The notes under the pieces: generated by a model
The model's database searches: none
What the model was told of the DNA's origin: nothing
Seen by the model: the letters and a program-made list of their open reading frames with translations, nothing else
In this document: piece by piece, positions 44,041 to 56,787 of the stretch
Layout of the letters: each line of letters starts with the position of its first letter
How positions within the stretch are numbered: position 1 is the stretch's first letter
From: the human T2T-CHM13v2.0 reference genome, Homo sapiens
Direction: 5' to 3' (one strand)
Assembly (NCBI RefSeq): GCF_009914755.1
Contig: NC_060925.1
DNA: 64,000 nt
Translations under genes and position numbers: made by a program

Positions 44041-47000
44041 CTGATATTTTATGGTTACATAAAAGTATTAGATTTAGAAGGTGTTCCAGCCCATATGATA
44101 ATGTCTTTTCTTTTTTTGTCTGAGGCTGAGAAACTAAGATATATAATAATACCAATAACCAAATTCAGAGTCTTTTTTGATCTCAATTTCAGTGACATGA
44201 ACATGATTCCACCCGGAATTCTCAACAAAGTTATTTTCTGACAACTCTTGGTCAGGAGCCTGATAACTTGGAAACCATTTGATCTTTTGCATAGGGATGG
44301 TCTTTTTGTCAAACATCAAATTTAGCCCTCTTTCTTACTGTGGGATAAGTATATGCTTTCAGACTTCATGAAAATATTGTCAATCACCAAGAACAATTTT
44401 CTCGTGGAGAAAATCTAGGGAAAACATTAGCAAAAGTCTAAACTGAACTAATGGACGGTATTTAAGCATCCAAGTTTTCGTGTATTTGGTATGTAACCAT
44501 TATCAAAATGAAATCTCTCATTTCGTGTTTAGAGTTTTTTCCTCCCATAACACTGCTTGAAAATTTTAAACCAAGTAGGCAACAGGAAAAAAATATTGCT
44601 TTGATACATTCTTTCTGAAAAGAGAGGTCAAATATGCAAATTAATTAATTCTTTCTTTTTTTCTTTATTTAACATCTTATGTTTTGAAGCGGGAGGGAAG
44701 CAAAAGAGAGTTTATGTGTTTAAAGGTGTGTGTATGTGTTTGTGTGCATGTGTGTGTGTGTCTGTGCATTTATGTACACATTCCCAATGGGGAAATATTC
44801 CATCTTGATGACTTGGGGCTGCACGCAAAGCACATTTACAATTAACGCCCCACCTCTACCTTTTGCCATGCTCTCACTTTCCAGAATCCATATGTTGTAA
44901 CTGATATGAGGCTCCAACTGCTTTGTTGCACATGTGAATTTAATAGTGGCAAATTTAGATGAAATGGTTCAGAACTGCCCATGTATTACTTTCATCGGCA
45001 GCAAGATCATCACATTAATTCTTTTTTCAAGTTAGTGTTGAATCTAGTCCTCTTGAAATTGATGAATGACAGGGCTGGCTGCAGCCAGGCATGATGAGCA
45101 CAGGTGCTCATTTGGAAGCTGGCGCCTCCAAACCCAACCCATGCCACTTAATCTCTGCATCGCATGTGTTTTCCTGATATTTAGTACTCACTCTTCCTTC
45201 AACACACAGCTTTTGGCATCTCAGCGTTAGTGTGTCTATACTGTGTATATAAATGGGTCTGAAGAGATCATGCTTCCGCGATCTCTGTTTCTAGCCCTAC
45301 AGGTTGGGGGTGTCACTGGTCTGTAGTTGTGCTCTAATCACAGTTTGCAACTCTGCTCTTTCCTTTGGAGGTTAATCTAGAAGTTTTGCTTAGTTTTTCT
45401 AACAATATTTTCTCCCAGTTTGCCCCATAGAAATCATGTCTCAATGTAAGTGTAATTATTCTGCCCAGCTTGTCCATTTTAATCTCACTTTAATTCACCA
45501 AATATCAAGTGAGGGACATTCTACTACCAAGACCAGCTCTCCCCTACGAAGACCAGACTTGCAGATGTTTTTTTTTTTCATAAGCTTCATTTTGAGGTGG
45601 TCAGAGTACCAAATAGCAATGAATACTGCTTATGAAGCATATTCATACATCTTTCTATTTTGTGCGTTACAGAGGTCCTTTGGGCCTAATATTATTACTA
45701 CATAATTACTATTTTACACACAAGAACCTTGTAGCTCAACAAGATTGACAAGGTTACACTGTTACTAATTCATTTGGGAGTTGAACCCAGGTCCTTCTCC
45801 TTGGAGTATGTACTGATTGTTCAGGGAGCATCATGACTGGGCTCCTGGGTTCTGCCCATAGAATACTATAGAAGCATTTATGTGGTTCCTGGTGTCTCAG
45901 GCCTTCTCTCCAAGTTTTAGGGCAAGACAGAGGTTGGTAAAGGTGGAGGAAGGACAGGCCACCAAAACTGTGCAAGCAAGCAGGGATAAAAACTGAGAGC
46001 AGAACAGAAGTTCACAGATCCAAAGAGAAATGTGATAGTTTCTAAAACCAGTGGGGCTATAAAAGGTATCAAAGATGGGAGTCAGGCTGTGAGTGAGTAG
46101 AAGAAGGTAAAAGCATTGTTGCAGGTTGCACACAAGAAGGCTGTAGTCCAGCATAGTTACTTAGAGCCAACTTAGTTGTCTAGATCCTATTATAGTTCCG
46201 GGAGTGGGAACGATTGTTAGCTCACCAGTGATTTTCTGAGCTCATATTTCCATATTGTTTTATTGATGTGGCATTGATTTAACAATTTCAGAAAAGGAAT
46301 GTGGGGAGAGAGTGACTGTACCCTGGGATATCTGCTAGAGTTCATTAAGAGGTGCTGGGAAATGTGAAGAGTCACTGTTCTGATCAGTGCTCACCCTGCC
46401 ATCCCGCAGTTAGATGATGTAAATGGCATATTTACCAAAGTCAGACTCTAGGCTCCACACTTACTTTTGTGGGCTCCTATAATTTTCTGGTGGTTCCCAA
46501 AGCATGGTTTTCATCAAGGGAGGGCACATTACCTAGTAGAGCTTCTGAAAAATGAATATTGTTCTCCTTGTGCCACCCAGAGTCCTGAAAGGCAGAGGAT
46601 TCTCCAGGACAGATTCAAATTTTGCTTCCTTCCCTGGAGGTAAGGCTGTGATGAGCCTCCAGGTTCCTTTGAGGAGAAGTCTTCCCTACCTTGCCACCTT
46701 GGGGTCCTAGGAGAGAATGATGTGCTGCCTTCTACCCTGAAACATGGGTAATGGACTAGGGTAGGACTTCAGTACTCTGAATTGACCTCTTCTTTGATGA
46801 AAGTCTCCAACATTCCTCAAGAAAAACCAACCTAGCCATATTTGTATGAATATGTGGCTTGTTCAAATTCAACACTGATTCATTTATCTATTCATTGATT
46901 TATCAAACATTTATTAAATTGCATTGCTAGGCACAAAAGAAACCAAACCACATGAGATGATAATCTAAAAATTTCTCCTTTGATGTGCCTTGTACAGGTC

Positions 47001-47087
47001 TCCTGTTGTTGTTATAAAATTTACTTCTATTATGATATTCTGTCTGTCTACTCATTAAAATGTAGTGAGTATAAAGATAAACTTTTG

Positions 47088-47378
<291 letters not shown>

Positions 47379-49379
47379 AAAGATAAACTTTTGGATTACC
47401 AGTGACTAGCACAGTGACTGTATCATAGGCGGGGCCAGGTAAATGTTGTTGGATGGAACAGAAGCAATCTCTACTATTGAGGTATTTGCTGTCTAGCACA
47501 AATATGCATGTGACGAAGGTAACTGAAAACTAAAATTAGGTATTAATTGCAGTGATGATCAGTATCCAGTCACCAGCTAGTTAAACTCTTTATCCTAAGG
47601 CAGAGAACTATCTCCTATAAGCGGGATCAGGATTTCTTGTCCTTCTGCATTCATTCAGTCCTTCAGTCATTCAATGAACATTCGTTGAAACTTTAGCAGG
47701 TACTGACTGAGACAAATCTGCTGAATCCTTTGGTGTTGGACATTTATTCCTTAACTATTGGGAAGGAAAGAACTCTCATTTTATTCTGGGAGTTCAGTAC
47801 CACTTAGGACCAGTAATCTTAATAAGCAGCCTTCTGGGTAACAGAGCTCAACAAGGACATCCTCATGATCTAGGACAATAAGTTTCCAAAGCAGCCAAGG
47901 AGGCAAGGCCAGATGCCCCTGTACACTATGTATAATGAAGTATTCATTCTTTTCAAAATATTTAGAGGTATTATAATGTTATTCTAACTCACATTACCTT
48001 TAAGCTATTTTGGTGGAAAGCCCCCAAACACTTCTTAGCTTTCTTCTCTCTTTGTCTGTCATTCTCATTATTGGTCAATTGTCAAATCTTTCCATTTTTG
48101 AAATGATAAAACTTCTACTAGATTCTAGGACTCCTTCAAAGTCTTTTCTCTAAATGTTTTTGGCAAAACATGGCATCGTGATCAGGATGACCTCTTGTTC
48201 TTTCTTAAGGTTGGGCACTTATTATTCCTTGGCTTTTTCTTTTTCTAGACTCTGGCTAATCTTTGCCAATTTTTATTACATTCTCATTGCAAAAAACTAA
48301 TTATTTTCTCAAGGCTCTTATAATTTGAATATCATATCTCAAATTTCATTGACAATTTTCTGATCCCAAAGCCAAATCAATTCTTCAGATATAGAAGAGA
48401 GTCAATGTCTAATTTTTAAAATGGAACTCAACAAGACAGATGTGAGACAACTTTTTGCTTTAATATGAATGTTAGTGAGAATATGCAGTGCCTTTTTTTC
48501 TTGTTGACTATCTTAGAAGTGATTGGTGCTGAGTCCTTTGGGCCGTTATGCAGGTTGGTACAAAACAAGCACTCTGTGATCACTGAAATTCGAGATGGAA
48601 CCATAGAAGACAGGTGCCAGGAACTACTGAAAGGCTGAGGAGGTTGAGGTTAGGAGTGGACTCAAATGGGCCCAGGAGCTCCAGAGGATCCCAGGGAGTT
48701 CTGACTTACTCTGGAAGGATCTCAGGTGGTTCAGATGAAAACAATTCTGCCTGTGCCCTGAATATTTCAGAGCCTCTAAGTGTTCCCTTCAGAATCTCTC
48801 AACCAAGGAATTTAATTATGTCCTTGTTGTACAGCCCAGTTCCAAACCAAAACTGAAGGAGTTCAGAAGCTAGTTGCAAAGGTTTTGAAATTCAGGGTGA
48901 GGATCCTTTTGCACAATTGTGCCAAGATAGAAAGAATATGAAAGTGGAGTCAGTGGGATGAGGACAGGAGAATGTGTATGCCATGAAATCAAAATGTCAT
49001 CTTAAACATATGATTGGTATAAGTGTATTGGGGAAAAAGAAAAAGAAAATAACATTTCCTAAAAGCACTTCTTTTATGTCCAGCACAATGCCAAGTCCTG
49101 TTACTGCCAACTGTGAGGGGGGTTTAGACTGGTATATTTGTCCATGTTCATCTTATTCACAGGCTTAGTTGATCAGGGAACACATGGTGCTCATTACATG
49201 CATGGGAATTGGCTATGAGGCAAAATAGTAATACTGGTTTCCTATTCTTGGTTCCTGTTGCTGCCAGAGATGAGAACTGAATTACCTGGCAGAGTTTTAG
49301 GATTTGCTTTTGTTGACCTAGAAAATGGTGATAATGGTCATTTCCTCAGTTGAGAGAGAAATGACATCTCAAAAGGCAA

Positions 49380-49600
49380 CTGTGGCACACTGGAAATAAT
49401 ATGGGATTTGGCATTTGGAAGATTTTGGCTAGCATTAAATTTATGGCATTTATTAACTGTGCACATTTGTCCCAATCACCTAATCTTTCTAAGCCTTAAT
49501 TTCCTCAGGTCTTAAGGGGGGATGAAAATGCCTGCCTCACAGGATCGTTGTGAGTATGAATTGAGATAAAGTACATAAAAGTACATTGCAAACTTAGCAA
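49380..49600 (+). mobile_element. MIR
   Basis: ctttctaagccttaatttcctcagg...cctgcctcacaggatcgttgtgagtatgaattgagataa. Confidence 0.65.
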
Positions 49601-51839
49601 ATCTTTATGCTGGAGTAATTTTTGTGTGTGTGCCAGGAACTCTACTAGAGGCTGCGCTCATGCATCAGTGTGGCATTGTGCGATTGGCAATACAAAGATA
49701 TGTAACACAAATTGGAAAATTGGTAGAGAGCACACTCTGCTCTCAAGGAATTGGAAGTACAGTGGGGAGCTAGAAATGTAAATAAATGATTATAATTGCA
49801 TGAGGTAATATATTTAGTACTGCTAAGCACACAGTGCAATAGGATTATAAAGAGATAAAATTCCTGAGCTGGGAAACAAAAGATGGATTAAATATTGCCA
49901 GGCAGACATATTTGTGGGGGTTTCAAGGGGGAGTTTGTCAAGCGCAGAGCATATCATATGTATTATTATTATTCAATATAAATTATTATCCAAGCTGTAA
50001 CCACATGATCTGACTATAAATCATTTGGTCATTTTAATAAGTAAGAGGTATAATATAAAGAATTTAATCATGTCCCTTTTACACTTTTAACATAGATATT
50101 AAAAAAATAAAAACATAATGTTACATACGTGGAAACTTCTGTGCAACACAGGTATTTCTGAGTTGGATTGGAATTAGGCTGATGCAGAGAGATTTCATCT
50201 TGTAATAACATCAACACAGTGGCAAGAACAGACATCAGTTGATGTTAATGTTGATCATTTAGGCAGATGTCTCACATCTATCTAGGTATCTGCTTGTTCA
50301 CTCTGGTAATCATAATTAGAGGTTCTGTACTGACCATTTGAGTGGCACAGACAATGTTCTTTGTGTCTGTGCAGGACATTGCCCTGAGAGCCTTCTCCCC
50401 TGCTCAGAAGGATCTAGGGAACACAGATCCTAATGCAAGTTATGCCTTTCTTGTTCTGAACTACTTGCGTATGCTCTGTACAATAATGGAGCAGGTCCAG
50501 ATTTAACTTCACAAAATGAAAATCCAGCCTTTTCTGTTCAGTTGCCTTTGCCACGATATGAGCAAAAAGGTTAAATCCAGCTTCAGCTGAATATATACAT
50601 TTGAAAGATTCCACTAGCATCTGTTCCATGTAGAAACAATAGAGCAGACCTCCACAGCCTGTTTGGGAAGCCCAATGAGCATGTGTGCAAGGGATGTCTG
50701 TGGCCACCCCCATCCACACACTGCCAGAGCTTTCCTAACCCAGAAGGACAGGGAAGAACATGTAGGTCCATCTCAGGGACTGAAATGACTCAGGGGTTTG
50801 AAATGAATGGAAATTTAGTAAATGGTGGTGAATGACTCAATGAAATCCATACTCTTTCCCATTCCCTATTGCAATCAGATCAGGAAGTTATAAAATCTAT
50901 TATTTTCTAAGAATAGTGTTTGAAGTTGTCAGGAGGGTCCAGATGTGACTTCCAATTATTTATTGTCTAACTTGCCTAATTCTTCTTCACCAACAACCAT
51001 TCACCATATTAAGACATTTTTAGCATTCAAAGGGACACATTAGCTTGCTGCTCAGCAAGATGATGAGAAAAAAAGCTAGCATTTTTATGCAAACTTGTTC
51101 ATGTGTAATATTTGACAAGCATCATTGAGTGCCTCTACGTGCTCATGCATCTATGTGACAGTATGCAAAGGGTTGTGGATACAAAGATGCAGAATAAATA
51201 ATCTTTTATTCTTGTTTGTCTTCTAGTGTCATAGTAAAGTAAAATATGGCATTGGGCCAGAGACAGGACATTGGATGGGCACTTCAGAGCACACTGGGAG
51301 ATAAACTGGTTTAAGAAGTCAACAGCACTGAAGAGTCAGCTTCATTAACTAAGCTGGGGGTTTGGAGGGAACTTGAATTGGGGCTGATTGTGGAATACAT
51401 CAGTAGTCAAATGATTACCCAACCACCAAACAAATCCAGGAAGACTTAAAATCAGGTTGAATTGGACAATTTACAAGTGGCATCAACAGAACTTGACAGT
51501 ATGTGTTGTTAATCACACAGATACCATACACAGAAAGCTCCCTAAAAGGAACACACGGAATTGATTTCTTTTTATGAAAATAAAGGAGTAAATTGTCCCC
51601 ATCCAGTACATTCAGCCCAGGAGCTTGCCAAATGACATATGATAGTATCAAAAGTTAACCCTAAATCACATTTTCTGTGAGCTCTATTCTGACTTCCTAA
51701 TTTTAGAGAGAAAAAGGAAGAGGTAAAATTAATAAAGAATTTACTTCTACTTTGCTTCCCTTACCAAAAGATAGACCAAAAAGGGTCAAAAGGATTAATG
51801 GAGATACAAACAAGTGGCCTTTAAAAATATGTTTTTTTA

Positions 51840-52215
51840 GGCTGGGTGCGGTGGCTCACACCTGCAATCCCAGCACTTTGGGAGGCCAAGGCAGCCAGAT
51901 CACTTGAGCTCAGGAGTTCAAGTCCTGCCTGGGCTACAAAGTGATACATTAAGGAAGGTTAAGGTTGGGAATTGATGGTTAGATTTAGTAATGTGGTGCT
52001 CACTAATGGTCTTATATCCTGTATCCATAAAAAAATAAAAAAATTAGCTGAGCATGGTGGTGCATGCCTGTAGTCCCAGCTACTCAGGAGACTCAGGCAG
52101 GAGGATCACTTGAGCCCAGTAGGCAGAGGTTGCAGTGAGCCCAGATCGCACCACTGCACTCCAGCCTGAGCAAGACCCTGTCTGAAAAAATAAAGAAATA
52201 AGTAAAAATAAAAAG
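51840..52215 (+). mobile_element. AluJ-like element carrying a 73-bp non-Alu insertion
   Basis: Alu left arm to ~51945, insert to 52014, then Alu resumes (cctgtatccataaaaaaataaaaaaattagctgagc). Confidence 0.93.
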
Positions 52216-53219
52216 ACACGTTTTCTATTTATTACAGAAATTTTTTCTATATTCTCTTTATAAATTCACATATATCAATATACAAATAGCAAATAGTCAC
52301 ATTATAATTGATGATGTAAGCAGGGTCTGCCCATGACAAAATTCTCAAAGAGGTAGATATAGCCACAGTTTCCCAGTTGCAGCCTTACAGACTAGAAAAC
52401 CTGATACCCAGAAGGAGCATGTGGGCAGAATGAAACTGGGAGAAGGCTGATTTACTGTCGTCTAAGGATGGAGGATAGAATGGAAAATCTGTTTGCTAAA
52501 CTATGAACAAGAAGACAGGTGGGCAAGGTTAGGATGAAAAGGGAGAATGTTCATTTTTTCACTTCTTTATTCAACATTTATTAACTCTTAATATGTAGCA
52601 GGCACTGTCCTAGGCACAGGAAAAGTTGATGTCCATGAACGGAGGGTTAGGTCAAGGGATTTAGGTTTTTTTCCAGAGATGGTGCCCTCTTTTACTTGGT
52701 GCCCTGAGGGTTGTATAAGGATTTACTTCTTAAGGGAACTGTAACACACCAAACACAATTCCCCTCCCCTCAAAGACTGTTTCTCTAATATCTCAGATCT
52801 AATGTAACCCTGTGTCTTCTACTGTAAAGAAAATTAAAGAATCTGGTAAGAGTAATATTATTTGCTTTATAGATTTTTATGATTGATATTATAGTTGAAA
52901 AAATAAAATCTGAGTTAATATAATATATCCCAAGTCTTAGAGCTGTGGGTTCTGTCTGATTTCAAAGCTTGTGCTCTATCCACCACCCTACAAAGCCTTG
53001 AAGGTATCAGGAGCTTAATGAATTAATTACTCCCTTCTAGACATACTTGCAATATAAAGTAAATATCTAAAAAAGGCAATGCTTACTCAAAGGAATATAT
53101 CTAAATGGAAATTGTTAGGCACTGGGGTATGGAAGATACTTTTTCAGCAAGGGGAAGGGAGAGGAGAGAACATGAAATTATATAACTTAACAGCTATTAC
53201 CAACACTATCTTCTTGCTC

Positions 53220-53640
53220 TTCTTTAGAGAGACTCTAGTAGAAAGAGTTGTCAAAAGTTGCTGCTTCTAATTCTTCTCATACCTTCTCTTAAACATACTC
53301 TCTAGTCAGGTTTCTGCCCCAAACCTCCAAAAAAAGGTACTCTTGTTAAGACCATTAGTGAGCACCGCATTACTAAATCTAACCGTCAATTCCCAACCTT
53401 AACCTTCCTTAATATATCAGTGCCATTTAACTCAGTTTATCACTCCTGGTTTTTTAAAGTTTTCTTTCATTGACATCTGAGGAGCCAGTCTTTCTTGATT
53501 CTCTTCCTACTCCCTGAACCATTCTTCTCAGTCGCCTTTGCTGAATCTTCTCCATTTCCCTAATTTTTAAGTATTTTAGCATTGCTGGGCTTAGTCTGTG
53601 AACCTTTCTTTATCTATACTCATCTAGACTCATGTTTTTA
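53220..53640 (-). mobile_element. L2 fragment (donor of the Alu insert)
   Basis: ctctagtcaggtttctgcccc...gtactcttgttaagacc...taaatctaaccgtcaattccca...tcagtcgcctttgctga. Confidence 0.75.
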
Positions 53641-54559
53641 AAAAGTGCTAAAAACTGTCAATTCCCATGAATTTGGCTGGATACAGCAACAGTTAGTCAT
53701 GTGATGGACATTTCACATGTAGGATGAGGCCTGAGCAGGTCCAGAAGGCACTCACGAGTTCTCTTGTGTGCTTTTCTTTCAAGTCAACACCTATGACCTC
53801 ATGGGAGTTTCCTGACTGAAGAGGAAAAAATGTACCTAGGTCGTATGGAATAGATCAAGTTAGACAGGTTGGTGTGAATGAAATATGGACACCTGCTGTG
53901 TTGTAGCCCCTTTCAAGGATGAGCCTGAAAGAGTGGCAACAGAGAGTCCTCCCAGTGGAGAGTATTTTAGGTGGTATACCTGGCCACCTATTTTGTGTAA
54001 AAAGAGAAATAGCCCTATATTTTCCCCCACTAGAAGTTTTCCTCTTTCCTCATGCATACAATGTTATTTCACATCTCCAGTCCTTTGTCAAAGGTGTTTC
54101 TTTAGATTGGATGATTCTTTCACCCTATCTTTCTGGAGCAATGTCCACTTTATTCTAGGCTGAGTTGAAATGTAACCTCTACCAAACAGCTTCACGAGTC
54201 TTCTGCAAACTGAGTAACCCCTCCTCTGGCTGACACAATCTAGTGTTTACGTCTCTGGTGTAGCACTCCTCATCTCATTCTGTGCCAGTTCATGTCCTGC
54301 AGGGGCTGTAGCCCTTCCAAGGACAAAGACAAATAAGAGAACAATTGAACAAGTAAACAAATATTGAGATGTAGCTTGTAATGAGAACATGAATGGACTG
54401 TGATTAAAACTTGGAGACCTGTAAGACCACTGTCCTTAATTACAAATTAGTGAGGCACAGCTTTGCCATCCCTACAGGATGAGGGAAAAATATTTTGCTC
54501 ACATTATCTTTCTTCATATATGATAACTCTTCTTATTCTTTACAATGATGACATACACT

Positions 54560-55200
54560 AGGACTGTGCTGGTGATAATGGAGGGAAGTAGACAAATGCA
54601 AGGTAGAGCCAACAGAATTTGCTGATGTCTGGATGAGGATAGTGGGGAAAAGGGAGAGAACCAGAATAACTTCTTTTTTTCAGATGCAACTGATAAAGTT
54701 TGTGCCTTTTGCTGAAATGGAAAAGATTGGGGGAAGAATATGTTTCAGGTAAGCAGAAGTCAAAGATTCATTTTTTCAGCATAATTTCTTATTTTGAAAT
54801 TGTGATAGACTCACAAGAGGTGAGTCTATAACCCTGGAGTCCAGGGTTCTTACCACAGCACAGGAAAAAAGAGAAAGCAAAAATGGTACCACCTGTTTCA
54901 TTTTGGAAAGTTAAATTTGAGATCGTTGCATGACTTCTAAGTGTTAATATAAAAAAGGAATCAGGGTGTCCATATGGAAGCGCAGGTGTAAAATGAGCAC
55001 CAGAGATATAAGTTTGATGTTAATATGAATGGCGGGGAAAGCCATGGGCCTGAAAGTGATCCCTGGGTAGACAGTGGAGCTAAACAAGAAAGGCTGATGG
55101 CTGAGTCCTCGAGCAGTCCAACTTAAGAGTTTGAGTAGAAGAAGAAGAGCCAGCAAAAAAAAATCTGAGACAATTCAGTGAGGTTGGAGGAAAACCAACA
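54560..55200 (+). mobile_element. L2 fragment interrupted at ~54770-54897
   Basis: aggtagagccaacagaatttgctgatg...tttgctgaaatggaaaagattggggg...ttttggaaagttaaatttgagat. Confidence 0.75.
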
Positions 55201-56259
55201 AAGGGAGGAAAATTTTATTTTGGAATTTCTTATAAATCTCTCAAACTCTTGAATTCAAATATATGTATTTACTTGAGGACCACAAAAGAGTGGAGAATTG
55301 GGACAGGCCTCCAAAAATTTAAGTCTCCAAAGTTTCTGTGAATGACAAATTGGGGTTACAACACCATATTTGGATGATTTAAGTATAAATGAGTAGAAAC
55401 ATATGGATTCTATTTCCTTCCCATTGTATATGAGCTTAACAATTAAGCACAAAAAGGTGGTTGGGGCAAAAGTCTTACTGCGGCTTTATTAAATCCAAAA
55501 TATGGAAGCGGTGCTTAGAGAACCAGCAAAGCAAATGGCTCAGGTTGCCATGAGAAATTGAATCTGGATTTTAATCTCTCTCTCCCTCCATCTTTCCAGG
55601 TTTCTTGCTGTCTCTGTCCTTCTCTGTTACTGTTTTTTGTCTGTCTTTCTTGATCTTCCTTCTCCATCCATCTCTGGGCTCAGACTACCATCTGGGTGCT
55701 CACGGACATCTTGAAAGCACATTTCCCAGCTGTCTAAAAGCAATAGCCTGAGTCCTCTTCTGTTTGTAGAATTCCACCAATGATTTCCAATTTAAAGGAA
55801 GAAAAAAAATCAGTAGCAGGTGTTGCAGTTCTTCAGGGAGAGTGTTGTTTATTATGGCTGTCCTCTAAAGAAGTATTAGGGCTTATGCTGCAGTGGATAA
55901 TATATTGCTTCATATAATTTTACATTATGACCTTTTCTTTATTTCTCTGGCCTTTCTACTTTTACTTGGGTCCCCAACTTGCACTTTGTTATATAAGTTT
56001 GATACAAAGGAATTAAAAGCCATTTTCCATTTGTTGTTAAGCACAGCTGAGGAATGTGCTCAGAACTTAGTTAAAAACACTGATGACAGAAATTACATAA
56101 TGGTTATGGAATTGGGAGTAGGCTGTGGGCAAAGTGGTTTGCCTTGCCCAAGTGTTTTTGAAGAAGCAGTAGCGGAGTTTGGGAGGAGAGGGTGTACTGA
56201 AGCAGAAGCTAAAGCCAGAAGTCAGAGGATAGATTTGTGATTGCTATGTTTGTTTAAAA

Positions 56260-56612
56260 GTGCAAGTTTCAGGCTGCTGTAACATAGTATCATAGACTGG
56301 GTATCTTTAAAACAACAGAAATTTATTGCTCACACTCCTGGAGGCTTGGAAGTCCAAGATCAAGGTGCCAGAAGACTCAGTGTCTGGTTCAGGCCCCTTT
56401 CCTGGTTCATAGAAGACACCTTTTAGGTGTGTCCTCACGTGGTGAAAAAAGCAAGGCCTCTTTTCAAAGGGCACCAATTTCATTCATGAGAGTGGAGTTC
56501 TCATGACTTAATCACCTCCCAAAGGCCCCACTTCCTAATACCATCCCACTGGAAATTAGGTTTTAACACATGAATTTGGGGATGGGGGAGTGGCAAAAAA
56601 ATTCAAATCATA
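56260..56612 (-). mobile_element. MLT1A-type MaLR LTR
   Basis: ggctgctgtaaca...aacaacagaaatttattgctcac...ggaagtccaagatcaaggtgccag...cacctcccaaaggccccacttcctaataccatc. Confidence 0.85.
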
Positions 56613-56787
56613 GGACTCAGAGAAATACTATAAGCAATTAGGGAAAACCACAAAGGCTAGAAGATTGAGCACAGCAAATGGGCAAACCCAAGCATTGTCC
56701 CTGCCCTCCCTAGGGCTTTGTGGGGATGGGAGCAGTGGAGTGCTGGAGTCCAGGGTTCTTACCACAGCGCAGGAGAAAGGTGAATGA

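Noticed and set aside
50414-50719. 101-aa ORF in unique sequence
   Set aside because: No recognisable homology; the length is within chance expectation for 64 kb in six frames.
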